A stretch of 64,000 nt of DNA. Origin: Octopus sinensis (lineage: Eukaryota). This document shows positions 49,301 through 62,919 of the stretch, one piece after another. A program made the translations under genes and the position numbers. The DNA lies in NCBI RefSeq assembly GCF_006345805.1, contig NC_043006.1, forward strand, positions 42,966,001 to 43,030,000, in the 5' to 3' direction. The notes under the pieces are model-generated. The model searched no databases. It was not told the DNA's origin and saw only the letters and a list, made by a program, of their open reading frames with translations. Positions within the stretch are counted from its first letter, which is position 1. The number at the start of each line of letters is the position of its first letter.

Positions 49301-49480
49301 GTGCAAAAGTGCTACACCCTAGCAGTTGAGGGAACCTGTGGAAGAGGTAGACCCAGGAAAACCTGGGACGAAGTGGTGAAGCACGACCTACGAACTTTAG
49401 GTCTCACCAAGGAAATGACTAGAGACCGAGACCTATGGAAGTATGCTGTGCGTGAGAAGACCCGCAAGACTAGTCAGGCC
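46350..49480 (+). pseudogene. RTE ORF: AP endonuclease + reverse transcriptase with PHD insertion (frameshifted)
   Basis: APE motifs LRVGTLN, QEIRW, SAYAPQ, GDFNGH, SQIDYIL, QHRLV; RT motifs KAPGPSEI, NYRGIKLL, QFGF.PG, FVDLEKAFD, GVHQGSVLSPLLF, ELLYADD, FRYLG; C-terminal LRWYGH..GRGRPRKTW. Indels near 48275 (+2), 48497 (-2) and 49132 (-1); no in-frame stops seen. Confidence 0.95.
48693..48824 (+). other. PHD finger (C4HC3) within the RT domain
   Basis: CSIC-x10-CTKC-x4-H-x2-C-x14-CGRC, lying between the INLAKTKVL and LEVVDSFRYLG RT motifs. Confidence 0.85.
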
Positions 49481-49738
49481 ATAACCCGTGGCCCCTACCT
49501 AGGATGTAGTCAGTCCACCTGTGCATACCTTCCTTCTTGTGACACTTGTGAAGACCTGTTGAGGCAAGTGAAAATCAAACAAAATCAAAATAGATGAACA
49601 TCAATGGAATTTGTATCTTTGTGGTACCAGTGCCGGTGGCACACAAGAATACCATCCGAATGTGGGCGTAGCCAGTACCGCACCGACTGGCCTCCATGCT
49701 GTGGGCACGTAACAATCACCATCCAATCGTGGCCGATC

Positions 49739-50205
49739 GCCAGCCTAATCTGGCACCTGTGTCGGTGGCACATAAAAACACCATCCGAGCGTGGCCGTTC
49801 GCCAGCCTCGTCTGGCACCTGTGTCAGTAGCACATAAAAACACCATCCGAGCGTGGTCGTCTGCTAGCCTTGTCTGGCACCTGTGTCGGTGTGCACATAA
49901 AAACACCATCCGAGCGTGGCCGTTCGCCAGCCTCGTCTGGCACCTGTGTCGGTGGCACATAAAAACACCATCCATCCGAGCGTGGTCGTCTGGCACTGTG
50001 TCGTTGTGCACATAAAAAAAACCATCCGAGCGTGGCCGTTCGCCAGCCTCGTCTGGCACCTGTGTCGGTGGCACATAAAAACACCATCCGAGCATGGTCG
50101 TCTGCCAGCCTTGTCTGGCACCTGTGTCGGTGGCACATAAAAACACCATCCGAGCGTGGCCGTTCGCCAGCCTCATCTGGCACCTGTGTCGGTGGCACAT
50201 AAAAT
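49739..50205 (+). repeat. 62-bp minisatellite (about 8 units) in the LINE 3' UTR
   Basis: Unit GCCAGCCTCGTCTGGCACCTGTGTCGGTGGCACATAAAAACACCATCCGAGCGTGGCCGTTC; starts at 49739, 49801, 49863, 49926, one truncated unit, 50042, 50104, 50166. Confidence 0.95.
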
Positions 50206-50869
50206 CACCCACTACACTCTCGGAGTGGTTGGCGTTAGGAAGGGCATCCAGCTGTAGAAACACTGCCAGATCTGACTGGCCTGGTGCAGCCTTCGGGCTC
50301 CCCAGACACCAGTTGAACCATCCAACCCATGCTAGCATGGAAGGCGGACGTTAAATGATGATGATGATGATGATATATATATATATATATACATATATCA
50401 TCATCTACGTCGTTGTCATCCTCATCATAATCGTTATCACCATCTTCATTTCATGTCCACTTTCTCAGGCTGTTAGCAGTTCAGCAAGAGAGACCGATAG
50501 AATAAGTACTAGGCTTACAAAGAATAAGTCCAGCACGGATTTTTGTCAGTAAACAGGTCACGGTCTTATAGCGACGAAAATATTTTGACAAATTAAACTT
50601 AAATGTTGAAGTGAATCGAACGGCTTTTGTGTGTTTCTTAAATGGCTTATAAACACCTTCCACGCTGCAATTGTTTTCGTTCCAGCACACGATCTCAGAT
50701 CAAATCACTTGCTATGCAAGTACATCTCTGTAACAGTATACTTTGCAAAATGAAAACAAAACAAAACAACTGATATGGTTAGATTCTGTGCTAACACTTC
50801 ACAAAACGTTTGTGTCTGAAACCATTTACTGATTTGTTTGATGAATAACTGTATTTGATAACAGATCAT

Positions 50870-51235
50870 CATTATCATTATCATCATCATTTAACGTCCG
50901 CTTTCCATGCTAGCATTGGTTGGATGATTTGGCTGAGAACTGGTGAACCAGATGGCTGCACCAGGCTCCAATCTGATCTGGCAGAGTTTCTACAGCTGGA
51001 TGCCCTTCCTAATACCATGGCACGAGGGCCACTCTGGTGGTACTGGCAACGGCCACACTCAAATGGTGTTTTTTTACGTGCCACCGGCACAGGAGTCAGT
51101 ACAGCGGCACTGGCAATGACCTCGCTGGAATGTTTTTTCATGTGCCACCGGCACAAGTGCCAGTAAGGCAACGCAGGTAACGATCACGCTCAAATGGTGC
51201 TTTTTATGTGCCACCGACATGGTTATGTGCCACCG
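50870..51235 (-). mobile_element. RTE 3'-end fragment
   Basis: (ATC)n-TTTAACGTCCGCTTTCCATGCTAGCAT terminus and diverged minisatellite units; another fragment lies at about 51945-52225. Confidence 0.85.
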
Positions 51236-52491
51236 GAACAGATGTACAGGAATATTATACGTACCCTAATTTCAGTAGCACATATTCAAGCAAAATGTTT
51301 TTAGTTCATTACAGCTTAGTGGGGGGGGGGGGAGAATTTTACATATAGAACTTGAGGTGATTTTTTTTTTTGAGATGTATCTTTGGTAAAAATGTGTCTT
51401 ATATGCCATCAAACATGTCCTTCAATGCCATAACCATTAACAAATCAAGAACATTTATGTCTACTTCAGTCAACTGTTAAATCTCATGTAGAAATGGTAC
51501 TCGGTTATCTCGGCTGCATTACAGGATCCTGGGCAAACCAAAGCACTGGGCCCTATAGTATTTATTCCTTAACAGCAAGCTACTGTATGCATAAATCAGT
51601 TTCAGGCCATTAAGCCCATGAGGAATCCAAATCTTAAGACAGAACTGGCTGGATTAAAGGGCAAAAATGGATCTCAGATGTGAGATGTTACCCAACAGAA
51701 GTTATCTGATGAATCATCAATGCTCCAGGAAAAAGGAAAATTACTTGGTTGCCTTGCGGAGTACTTCTAGCAATTGCTCAAAATACCAGGATATGTGAAG
51801 CAAGGAACTTTGGGGAAATATAACACATCATAATGTTGATGTATCAATGGGTAAAACACTAAATACAGAAGAATTGTCCTCTGACAGGGTACTCCCAGAT
51901 AAGAAAGCATCATGATGACACAACAGGATTCCGGCAAAAGTCATCATCATCATCATTATATCATCACATCATCATTCTCATCATCATCATTTAACATTCA
52001 TTAACTGGCAAGCCAGAGAGCTGCATCATGCTCCCGACATCTGTTTTGCTATAGTTTCTATAGCTGGATGCCCTTCCTAATTCCACCCACTTGATGCTTT
52101 TCATGTGGTGCCAGCACAGCTGCCTTTTATGTGACACTGCATATGCAGTTTTTATATGGTACCGGCACAGGTGCTTGTATACATGGTGCTGGTATGGGTG
52201 CTTTTTATGTAGTGCTAGCACAGGCATAAAAGCCAAGTTCCTCTGTCTATGCTAGAAGTTGCTGGAATCATGGGAGACAGATTCTTGAAGTCTCATCAGA
52301 CTAAAAAGATGCTAGAAAGATCCTCTACATTCAAGAAGAATGATAGGAATGTATGTGAGAACTCTCAAGGAATTTCTTCTCAAGCTATAGTTGGCATTAT
52401 ATAGAGTAATGCTCCACAGACTAAATGAGAAAACCATTGTAAAGGCTGTAATTGAATGCCAATAGCATTCCTTATTTCTGAAACTGTGTTA

Positions 52492-52718
52492 ACGTTTTAG
52501 CATTCAGATAACTCTGTCAAATGTAATGCTTATTTACTTAATATTTTTTAATTATAGGTACAGGAGTGGCTGTGTGGTAAGTAGCTTGCTTACAAACCAC
52601 ATGGATCCGGGTTCAGTCCCACTGTGTGACACCTTGGACAAGTGTCTTTTACTCTAGCCTCGGGCTGTCCAAAGTCTTGTGAGTGGATTTGGTAGATGGA
52701 AACTAAAAGAAGATCATC

Positions 52719-52752
<34 letters not shown>

Positions 52753-53201
52753 GCATATGTTTGTGTGTCTGTGTTTGTCCCCCCAACATCACTTGACAAC
52801 CAATGCTGGTATGTTTACGTCTCCGTAACTCAGTAGTTCAGCAGAAGATACGGATAGAATAAGTACTAGGCTTACAAAGAATAAGTCCTGGGGTCGATTT
52901 GCTCGACTAAAGGCAGTGCTCCAGCATGGCCACAGTCAAATGACTGAAACAAATAAAAGAATAAAAAATATATATATACTGACAAACACACATACATATA
53001 TACATATCTTATGACTGAACAAATGACTGAAACAAGTAAAAGAGTATATGTTATTTTGCAAGCTTTGAGATTTCAAAAATGTGATTCTTCATTTTCAGAA
53101 TCACATTGCAGGGTAGGTGTGAGAAGTTGGATCAGCCTTGTATGGACGTAAAACAAGTAGAATATTTGGGCTGGATATAGCTGGTTTAAATGCTAAAGGA
53201 T
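52492..53201. mobile_element. piggyBac-like MITE interrupted by a SINE family 1 copy (52558-52965, +)
   Basis: TTAA-CGTTTTAGCATTCAGATAACTCTGTC left part and ...GGGTAGGTGTGAG..GCTAAAGGAT-TTAA right part together match 29867-30083. Confidence 0.8.
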
Positions 53202-53764
53202 TTAAGAGGATTTAACAAGATTTAGCTTTCATGTCACACAATGAATAAACGCAGCTTTTGGGTATTTGCCCTTTATTTTCGCTTCCTCCTCAAATTCCTT
53301 TCCTGTCTTTGTAGAGCAACCATCATATCCTTAATAATATTCCTAGATTTAAGTAGATTTTTTTAGGTAGTTTTTATACATTTTGTGGTTTTTAGTAGTT
53401 TTCTAGACTTAGCATTTTTTCTAGACTTAACAAGAATTTTCTAAACGAATCAATGCTTATATTAACAATGGAAACAGTATCCAATTCACTTAAGGAATTT
53501 CTCTTGCATAATATCAGATTTTATTGTGTTAACAAAACATAGACCAAGTGACAATTGCCCTTCTCAGACATTTCAGCACATTTTATCAGTAATTATTGAA
53601 AATCCATATGAGACATTGACCTCCAAAACAATACCCTCTCTTGCAATTTCTTCACTCAATTTGATCAATTCAGGACATCCAGCCTGAATTGAAGACAATC
53701 TGCATCGATAAATTCCATCCAACCCATGCATGCATGAAAGAGTGGATGTTACATTAAATCAGTG

Positions 53765-54011
53765 TAGTTGTTGTTGTTGTTGGTGGTGGTGGTGGTGGTG
53801 CTACTGTTGATGCTGATGATGGTGGTGGTGGTACTGCTGCTGCTGCTGATGGTGGTGATGGTGCTGCTGCTGCTGCTGATGATGATGACGATGATGATTG
53901 TGGTGGTGGTGGTGCTGCTGCTGGTGCTACCAATGATGATGACGACGATGACAATGATGATGATGATGATAGTGGTGATGGTGGTGGCGGTGGTGGTGCT
54001 GCTGCTGGTGG

Positions 54012-54042
<31 letters not shown>

Positions 54043-54162
54043 AATGATGCTGGTGATGGTGGTGGTGCTGCTGTTGCTGCTGTTGCTGATGATGAGGATG
54101 ATGACAACAACAACAACGACAATGATGATGATGATGATGATGATAGTGGTGGTGGTGGTGGT
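53765..54162. repeat. Compound trinucleotide array (GTT/GGT/GCT/GAT)n
   Basis: Read directly; follows an RTE-terminus-like CCAACCCATGC..GGATGTTA at about 53718-53752. Confidence 0.95.
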
Positions 54163-55188
54163 GAAATACCATGAGCAACTGAAGAATTTTCCAAATGATT
54201 TTGCAATGTCTTATATTCTGTTTCAATGTGCAACCTATTAAAAGCCTTTTTTTTTTTAATTTACAGTTGTGTCCCCCAACCCCCACCCCGTCATAAAATA
54301 ACATCAGGAGTGCTGCATGATAAAATCATTAAGATTGCAAATTTATAGTTTATATTTGGTACAAATGATCCAAGTAAACTAAAACCACTTTTCTTATTCA
54401 GCTTTCTATTTCTTCAAAAACACTCAACAAATATGCAAGAATACTGGAATCATCATAATTTGGCTGACGCTGGTTCAAACTTATAATTTAGAGAAATGCT
54501 TTTATTGATATGTCTGAAGAAAGTAGCTCCTTAATGTATTTGAGAGAGAGAGAAATAACAAAGAATGAATGGTAATTATTTTGTAGTTAAAATAATTCTG
54601 TTCTGCAATGAATTGGAATTAGCTTTCTCTAGTTGAAACCATCCATATTAAAAGAAGTTTAGAAACCAAATTTTGTTAAAAGAAATTTATTAAAATTAGA
54701 ATTTTTAAGAATTTTCTAGACACTGTAGACTTTAATAATTGCTTTCTTTTAGTTAAAGTTACATATTCCCAACTAATTAATAAGCATATTTTTTCATTGT
54801 AGCATAGATTACAAATTATTTCTTTCGATTTTCCTTTACCAATCATGTCACAGCACTGTCAAAGTGACACACAATGCTCTTTTTCTGTTTTGTCTCTTAT
54901 GGCCATAAAGTTTGCTGTGTCCATTTCATTGTCCTTCTACCATTTATTTGATATATGACTCTTCTCAATGTCATGGTGTGATAATAAAGGTGCCTTGAGA
55001 GCCATGATGAACAGGCTCTGGAAATATTATGCAGTTCTTCAGGATGTCCCTCTCTTCTGCAAAGAATAATTAACCCTGGGAGAATTTTCACTTAACCATT
55101 CATGGCATGATCTGTGTAGCCACTTTGCATCCTTTTTGAAATCATAACACTGTGTAACAAAATTTCAATGTTTTTTGTCTTATATATA

Positions 55189-55248
<60 letters not shown>

Positions 55249-55261
55249 TGTGCGCGTGTGT

Positions 55262-56120
<859 letters not shown>

Positions 56121-56509
56121 CTATTTTTTTAATTTTTTTATTTTGCATAACATTTCTAATGTCCATTTCTAAATCAAATTAATTTAACACATTAACAACC
56201 ACATGTACCACCAGTGGTTCATTGCAAATTTCATTCAACTTCCTTATGCACCACTGATGGTGCATTTTCATAATTTGAAAAAAATATTTTATTCTATGTT
56301 TTGGATATGGTTTCAAGGATATTTAAAATAATGTGAGTGCTAAATATTAAAGTTTAATTATGAGATATTGTAAAAATGCAAAGCAAATTAAATTTCTCTG
56401 TAATTAAGCAGTATGCAGCATGACCATGCAAAATCTGTGGCATCACTGGCAAGTTCCAGTAACAGGCCATGGTGGTTACTGTGTTAAGAACAAATCCTGA
56501 TTAAATGAG

Positions 56510-57069
56510 TAAGGGCAGCAAGCTGACAGAATTGTTACTACATCAGGAAAAATGCTTAGCAGCACTTTGTCCATCTTTACATTCTGGGTTCAAATTCTGC
56601 CAAGGGGTCGATAACAGAAGTGCCAGTTGAGCACTGGGGTTGATTTAATTGACCTTAGCCCTTCACCTGAAATTTCTGGCCTTCTGCCAAAATTTGGAAC
56701 CATTATCATTATTCTTTTCTACTCTAGGCACAAGGCCCAAAATGTTTGGAGAGAAGGCCAGTCGATTAGATTGACCCCAGTACACAACTGGTACTTAATT
56801 TATCAACCCCGAAAGGATGAAAGGCAAAGTTGACCTCAGCAGAATTTGAACTCAGAACATAAAGACAGACAAAATACCGCTAAGCATTTCACCTGGCATG
56901 CTAACGATTCTGCCATCTCACCACCTTGGAACCATTATTATTATTATTATTATTAATTATCTTTCATCTTTTCAGGTTTGATAAATTGAGTACCAGTGAA
57001 ACACTGGGGTCAATGTAATTGACTAATCCTCTCCCTCAAATTTCAGGCTTTGTGCCTTTAATAGAAAGG

Positions 57070-57117
<48 letters not shown>

Positions 57118-57290
57118 TGAGGGTGGCCAGCTGGCACACCGGACGAAATGCTTAGCAGTATTTTGTTTCCCCTCTATGTTCTGAATTCAGATTCTATCAA
57201 GGTCAACTTTGCCTTTCATCCTTTCGGGGTCGATAAATTAAGTACCAGTGAAATTTCAAGTTTTGTGCCTATAGTAGAAAGGAGTATTAT
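56510..57290. mobile_element. Cluster of SINE family 2 copies (+, -, + fragment, +)
   Basis: GGCAGCAAGCTGACAG head at 56515; inverted copy 56715-56930; further copies at about 56975 and 57120. Confidence 0.8.
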
Positions 57291-58445
57291 TATTATTATT
57301 AGTAGTAGTATTATTATTATTAATTTATAAGAACGGTGACAAAATAAAACCAAATTTTAATAGGTTCTCTAAATGGTTCTCTAAAATAGGTTCTCAGGTT
57401 CTCTAAAACATGCTTAAGTATAACTTTCCATGGTGATCACCGAATGGTGAATAAGGTTACAAATTAAAATGTGAGTCAGGAGAGGTGAGGAGTGTCAAGC
57501 CAGTGCTCACTTACCTAGATTTACATTCACCCAATGGATTCGCAACACTTTGTCATGGTCGATGAGAAAGTTAGTTTCTGGGTTCTGACAGGACTTATTA
57601 ATAAAGTTTGACAGATAAGTTTGTTCAAAACATTAATATTACCAAAAAAAACTTCTGCACTTTTGATAAAAATTTCATTTCATGAACAATGACAAACTGT
57701 ATTTTTCTCTCTCCAGAGATTGTTGGGTAAAAACGAACACAATGAGACGTGGTTATGTTTTAAACATAATACACACACAAAAACAAACGAATAAATAAAT
57801 AAACATAGAATAAGATAATTTTGTTTGTTTCTATTAACTTTCATTATTAATTTACTGCATGCTATTTTAAATAATCAAACGTTGTTTTAATTACACTAGA
57901 CTTAAAAATACAGTGTGCCAGTAATTTCCTTTTTAAAAAGTTTCTTTTATGTTTAAATTTCATTTTTATTAAGTGAAGACAGTAATGAAAATGTTCTTTT
58001 TAAAAATGTTGGCATATTATTGCAGCCATAGTCAAAACTAACTTGTTTTATCAATTTTGATATTTTTTTTTTAGCGGAAACTGGAAACTTTTTAATGAGT
58101 TTACTCCTGATTGGTTAATTACAAGAATAACTTACTTTCATTAGCAGTATATTTCAATAAATAATGTATTAAAAATTATCATACAGCAAAACAAATTACA
58201 AAATATGCTAAAATTTCTTGCCTTATTGTATAGTCTTTCAGCAACGTAGCTACATCCAAAACAGAAGAGAAGTTTTTAGAATGAGGCAATTGGTGCAACT
58301 CTTTGGTAGTTGATGGTTTGTCACGGCTGACTGAACATTCAGGCTGTTTTGGTGACATTATTTTTTGATGCTGATTGCAAACACACATATGCATACAAGT
58401 GTGCACAGATTTATATGCATGCAGATAGAAAGAATAAGAAAGATA

Positions 58446-58499
<54 letters not shown>

Positions 58500-58644
58500 A
58501 ACAGAAAGATAGTACACATGCATACAGACAGAGTAGATGCTCGCACACTTAAATGGAGAGAGAGAGGCTGGGAGGGGAAGACAAGGAGAGAAAGATTAAA
58601 ATGTCAGATGCCTAATAAAACCAAACACTCTATTGGTTATAATG

Positions 58645-58800
58645 ACGAGTGTTCCAGTTGATACGATCAATGGAACAACCTGCTCATGGAATTAACTTGC
58701 AAGTAGCTGAGCACTCCGCAGACATGTGTACCCTTAATGTAGTTCACAGGGAGATTCAGCATGACACAGAATGTGACAGGGCTGGCCCTTTGAAATATAG
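58645..58800 (-). mobile_element. SINE family 3 fragment
   Basis: GTTCCAGTTGATACGATCAATGG..GTAGCTGAGCACTCCGCAGACATGTGTACCC..GTGACAGGGCTGGCCC matches 15560-15750. Confidence 0.75.
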
Positions 58801-58803
58801 ATA

Positions 58804-59143
<340 letters not shown>

Positions 59144-59539
59144 TAGATAGATATATGACGAGCTTCTTTCAGTTTCCACCTACCACTTCCATTCACATGG
59201 TTGGCCCTGAGCTATAGCAGAAGACACTTGCCCAAGGTACTGCACAATGGGATTGAACCCGAAACCACGTGGTTGGAAAACGAGGTTCTAGTAATGCAAC
59301 CATTCCTGAACCTATATGAAATATACATGAAACAAGTGAAATAAAACTGTAAATATTCATGAGGAAACACTTGAGATAAATCATGAACATCATATGGGAA
59401 ACAAGGTCAGAAACAGTCATGTTTTCAGAAAATATCCTAGCTTAGGAAAGATATTTGTCTAATGAAATTTCTTCTGGCTTGAATATCTTCAGTCACCAAA
59501 GAATTAGTGGAAAATCATTTGTGAAAACAATTACTCTTT

Positions 59540-59721
59540 TATGTGCTTCAGTCATTTGACTGTGGCCATGCTGGAGCCCCACCTTTAGTTGAGCAAATCA
59601 ACCCCAGGACTTACTCTTTGTAAGCCTAGTACTTATTCAATCGGTATCTTTTGCCGAATCGCTAAGTTATGAGGAAGTAAACACACCAGCGATGTTGGGG
59701 GGACAAACATAGACACACAAG

Positions 59722-59771
<50 letters not shown>

Positions 59772-60120
59772 TACATACATACATAACGTGCTTCTTTCAG
59801 TTTCTGTCTACCAAATTCACTCACAAGGCTTTGGTTGGCCCGAGGCTATAGTAGAAGACACTTGCCCAAGGTATCACGCAGTGGGACTGTACCTGGAACC
59901 ACGTGGTTGGTAAGCAAGCTACTTACCACACAGCCACTCCTGCGCCTCTATTAACAAATGTACAAGCATGGCTGTGTAGTTAAAAAGCTTGCTTTCAAAA
60001 CCACGTGGTCTGGTGTTCAATCCCATTGTGTGGCACCTTGGCCAAGTATCTTCCAGTATAGTCTCAGGCCAACCAATGCCTTGTAAGTGAATTTGATAGA
60101 CAGAAACTGAAAGAAGCCTG
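59540..60120. mobile_element. Head-to-head SINE family 1 pair
   Basis: Minus full copy 59540-59945, then plus head 59965-60120. Confidence 0.8.
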
Positions 60121-60179
60121 TCCCATGTACATGTGTGTGCATGTGTGCGCATGCATATGCACATTTTTCCTTGTCCTTT

Positions 60180-60523
60180 CTCCTTACCTTGACATCATGT
60201 GAAGGTTGTAAATGAGTGACATCTTTACACAAGCAGTGTCCTTCATTCCCAGTCTCCTTGTGAAAACATATCTGGTCATGGGAAACAGATGATGGTTGGT
60301 GATGGGAAGGGCATCCAGCTGTACAAAATCTCCATCAACAAATTCTGTGCAGCTCATGTGAACATGGAAAAGTGGACGTTAAGAAACAAAGATGATGACA
60401 ACGATGACAATGATGATGATGATGACGATAACGATGATGATAATGAAGACGATGACATAATGATGACGATGATGATGATGACGATGATGATGATGATGAT
60501 GATTGACGATGATGATGATTGAC

Positions 60524-60567
<44 letters not shown>

Positions 60568-60600
60568 CAATGATGACGACGACGATGATGATGATGGTGA
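60180..60600 (+). mobile_element. Old RTE-type 3' end with an expanded (GAT/GAC)n tail
   Basis: GGAAGGGCATCCAGCTGTA..CATGGAAAAGTGGACGTTAA followed by about 210 bp of trinucleotide repeat. Confidence 0.7.
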
Positions 60601-61062
60601 GTGCATTATAAAGTCTGTGGGTGCTTTCTAAAGTTAGATAATACTTTGAAACTTTAATTCACTCTAAGTGTGGGATAATTGGTAAATCAGATGCTGCTGC
60701 TAGTAGTTATGATTTGCTGTTGACCAAGAACTAGAGATATATAATTAAATGTCTGGACTTTATGTTGAATTGGCCAAATCTATGGAGCTTCAGGTAAAAT
60801 ACCTAGCACTATTTAGTCATTAATATTTGTGGTTTGAGTTCAAATCATGCTAAAATCAACTTCACCTTACACACTTCATGATCAACCCTGAGACATTACT
60901 GTCCTCAGTCCTAAGACTCATAGGGCTGGTACCCATGTCAGGATCCTGTAAAAAGCACCCATGCTGGAGTCACATAAGAATGCACCTGTGCCAGGGCCAC
61001 ATTTGCAGCACCTGTACTGATGCCTCATAGAAAAGCACCCATACCAATACCATGTAAAAAGT

Positions 61063-61272
61063 GGTTCTATGTCTTTTAGTCTGATGCCACTTCATCAAAC
61101 ATCTTTTCATCCACATCTTTTTGTCTCTCTTTTTGTCCAACGACAAATCCTATCAATAAAATTCTCAATGATTATTTGATTTTCTTGTTCACCTTTTGTT
61201 CAAAAGAGTTTATTTAATATTGGACAAAAAGTCATTGGACAAAAAGACCATCAGACTAAAACATGTTGAACC
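61063..61272. mobile_element. Small MITE-like element with imperfect ~25-bp TIRs
   Basis: GGTTC..TTTTAGTCTGATG at the left versus CATCAGACTAAAA..GAACC at the right; internal TTTGTCC / GGACAAAA repeats. Confidence 0.5.
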
Positions 61273-61284
61273 AAAATACATGGA

Positions 61285-61700
61285 TGTAGAGTGGCTGTGT
61301 GGTAAGTAACTTGCTTACCAACCACATGGTTCTGGATTCAGTTCCACTGCATGGCATCTTGGGCAAGTGTCTTCTACTATAGCCTCAGGCCAACAAAAGC
61401 CTTGTGAATGGATTTGGTAGACGGAAACTGAAAGAAGCCTGTCGTATATATGTGTATCTATATATATATATGTGTATGTGTGTATATGTATGTGTGTGCA
61501 TATGTTTGTCCCCCCAACATTGCTTGACACCCGATGCTGGTATGTTTACATCCCTGTAACTTAGCAGTTTGGCAAAAGAGACTGATAGAATAACTACTAG
61601 GCTTACAAAGAATAAGTCCTGGAATCAATTTACTTGACTAAAGGCGGTGCTCCAGCATGGCCACAGTCGAATGACTGAAGCAAGTAAAAAAGTAAAGAGT
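61285..61700 (+). mobile_element. SINE family 1, full length
   Basis: GAGTGGCTGTGTGGTAAG head to GAGTAAAAGAG tail. Confidence 0.88.
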
Positions 61701-61749
61701 AAAAGAGGACGAAGCGACATTGGACCATGTGACATCGGAAGAAAAGTCG

Positions 61750-62195
61750 GCTCATAGTAAAAAGCACCCACACTGGTGCCATGTAAAAAGTATTCATGCT
61801 GATGTCATTTACAAAACATCCATGCTGGTGCCATGAGTAAACCACTCTTGCTAGTATCACTTATGTAGCACCCATGATGCTATCATGTATAAAGCACTTG
61901 TGCTGGTGTCATATACAAAAGACATATGCCGGTGTTACATGTAAAGCACCTGTGCAGGCGCTACAGATAAAGCACCCATGTGGTGCCATGTAAAAAAAAA
62001 ACCATCCAGTACACTCTATAAAGTGGTTGGCATTAGAAATGACATCTAACTGTCAAAACCCTACCCAAACAGACAATTGGAACCTGATGCAACTCTCTAG
62101 CTGGCCAGCTCTGGTCAAACTGTCCAGCCTTTGCAAGCATGGTAAATAGACATTAAATGATGATGAGGATAATGATGATGATGATGATGATGATG
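61750..62195 (+). mobile_element. RTE-type 3' end with a ~26-bp minisatellite (about 9 units)
   Basis: Unit like GTAAAAAGCACCCATGCTGGTGCCAT, then GTGGTTGGCATTAG..AGCATGG..TTAAATGATGA tail. Confidence 0.75.
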
Positions 62196-62919
62196 GTAAG
62201 TGACCAAGAAAGCAAATTTCCCATTGAATGGGATGCCAGTTACTTATTTAAAGCTGACTGGTCCGTAGCAACGTGAAAATGAAAGGCTTTACTCGAGGAG
62301 CCAATACAGTGCCTGGTCCAGGATTCGAAATCGCAACCTTGTGATCATGTGTGCAACACTTTAATCACCTAGCCACACACACTTTCATGTTCATACTTCA
62401 GGATTGATAAAATAATAGCAGTGCAAAGCTACAATAGTAGGGTCACTTTGGTTAATAATAACTTTCTTTTGAAAATGGTCTTACACATAATTTAGACATC
62501 ATTAATATTCCTAGAATGATAGTTTGGATAAGAACCAGAGAAAAACATATTTGAAGGCAACCTTTAATTAAGTGTAATAAAATTAGTCTCCTTTAAAGAA
62601 AATTTTATTAAATATATTAAGAATGGAGTAAAATTTATTGTGAAAACATAGCTATAAATATAAAATTAAGAAATAAAAATATAAACTGACCTTTTAAATT
62701 ACATTCCTAAAACTTTTAACTGCTGGTAGGGACACTGTATTTTGTTATGCAACAATAAGATACTACCAAGTACGTAAAAGAGTTATAATTCATTACTGTG
62801 TCCTACTTGTATTAGCAGTGCTATTCAATCACAGTTTAGAATTATCTCTATAGATTCCCTATACAGAAAATCTGCTGAGGTAACTTTAAATTGTGTTATA
62901 TATATATATAGGACAGCCT

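Larger units (their letters stand above)
46350..50373 (+). mobile_element. Near full-length RTE-clade LINE
   Basis: Single APE-RT coding region followed by a ~0.9-kb 3' UTR with a VNTR and a (GAT)n tail; (TA)n on both flanks. Confidence 0.95.

Noticed and set aside
49739-49800. Similarity of GCCAGCCTCGTCTGGC to HDV P3/L3
   Set aside because: No P1 or P2 partners or J4/2 could be found in the unit; treated as a simple hairpin.
54897-55091. Non-repetitive minus-strand ORF with a TTCTTTGCAG acceptor (similar cases near 13690 and 32200-32600)
   Set aside because: No convincing donor in a compatible frame and no recognisable homology.
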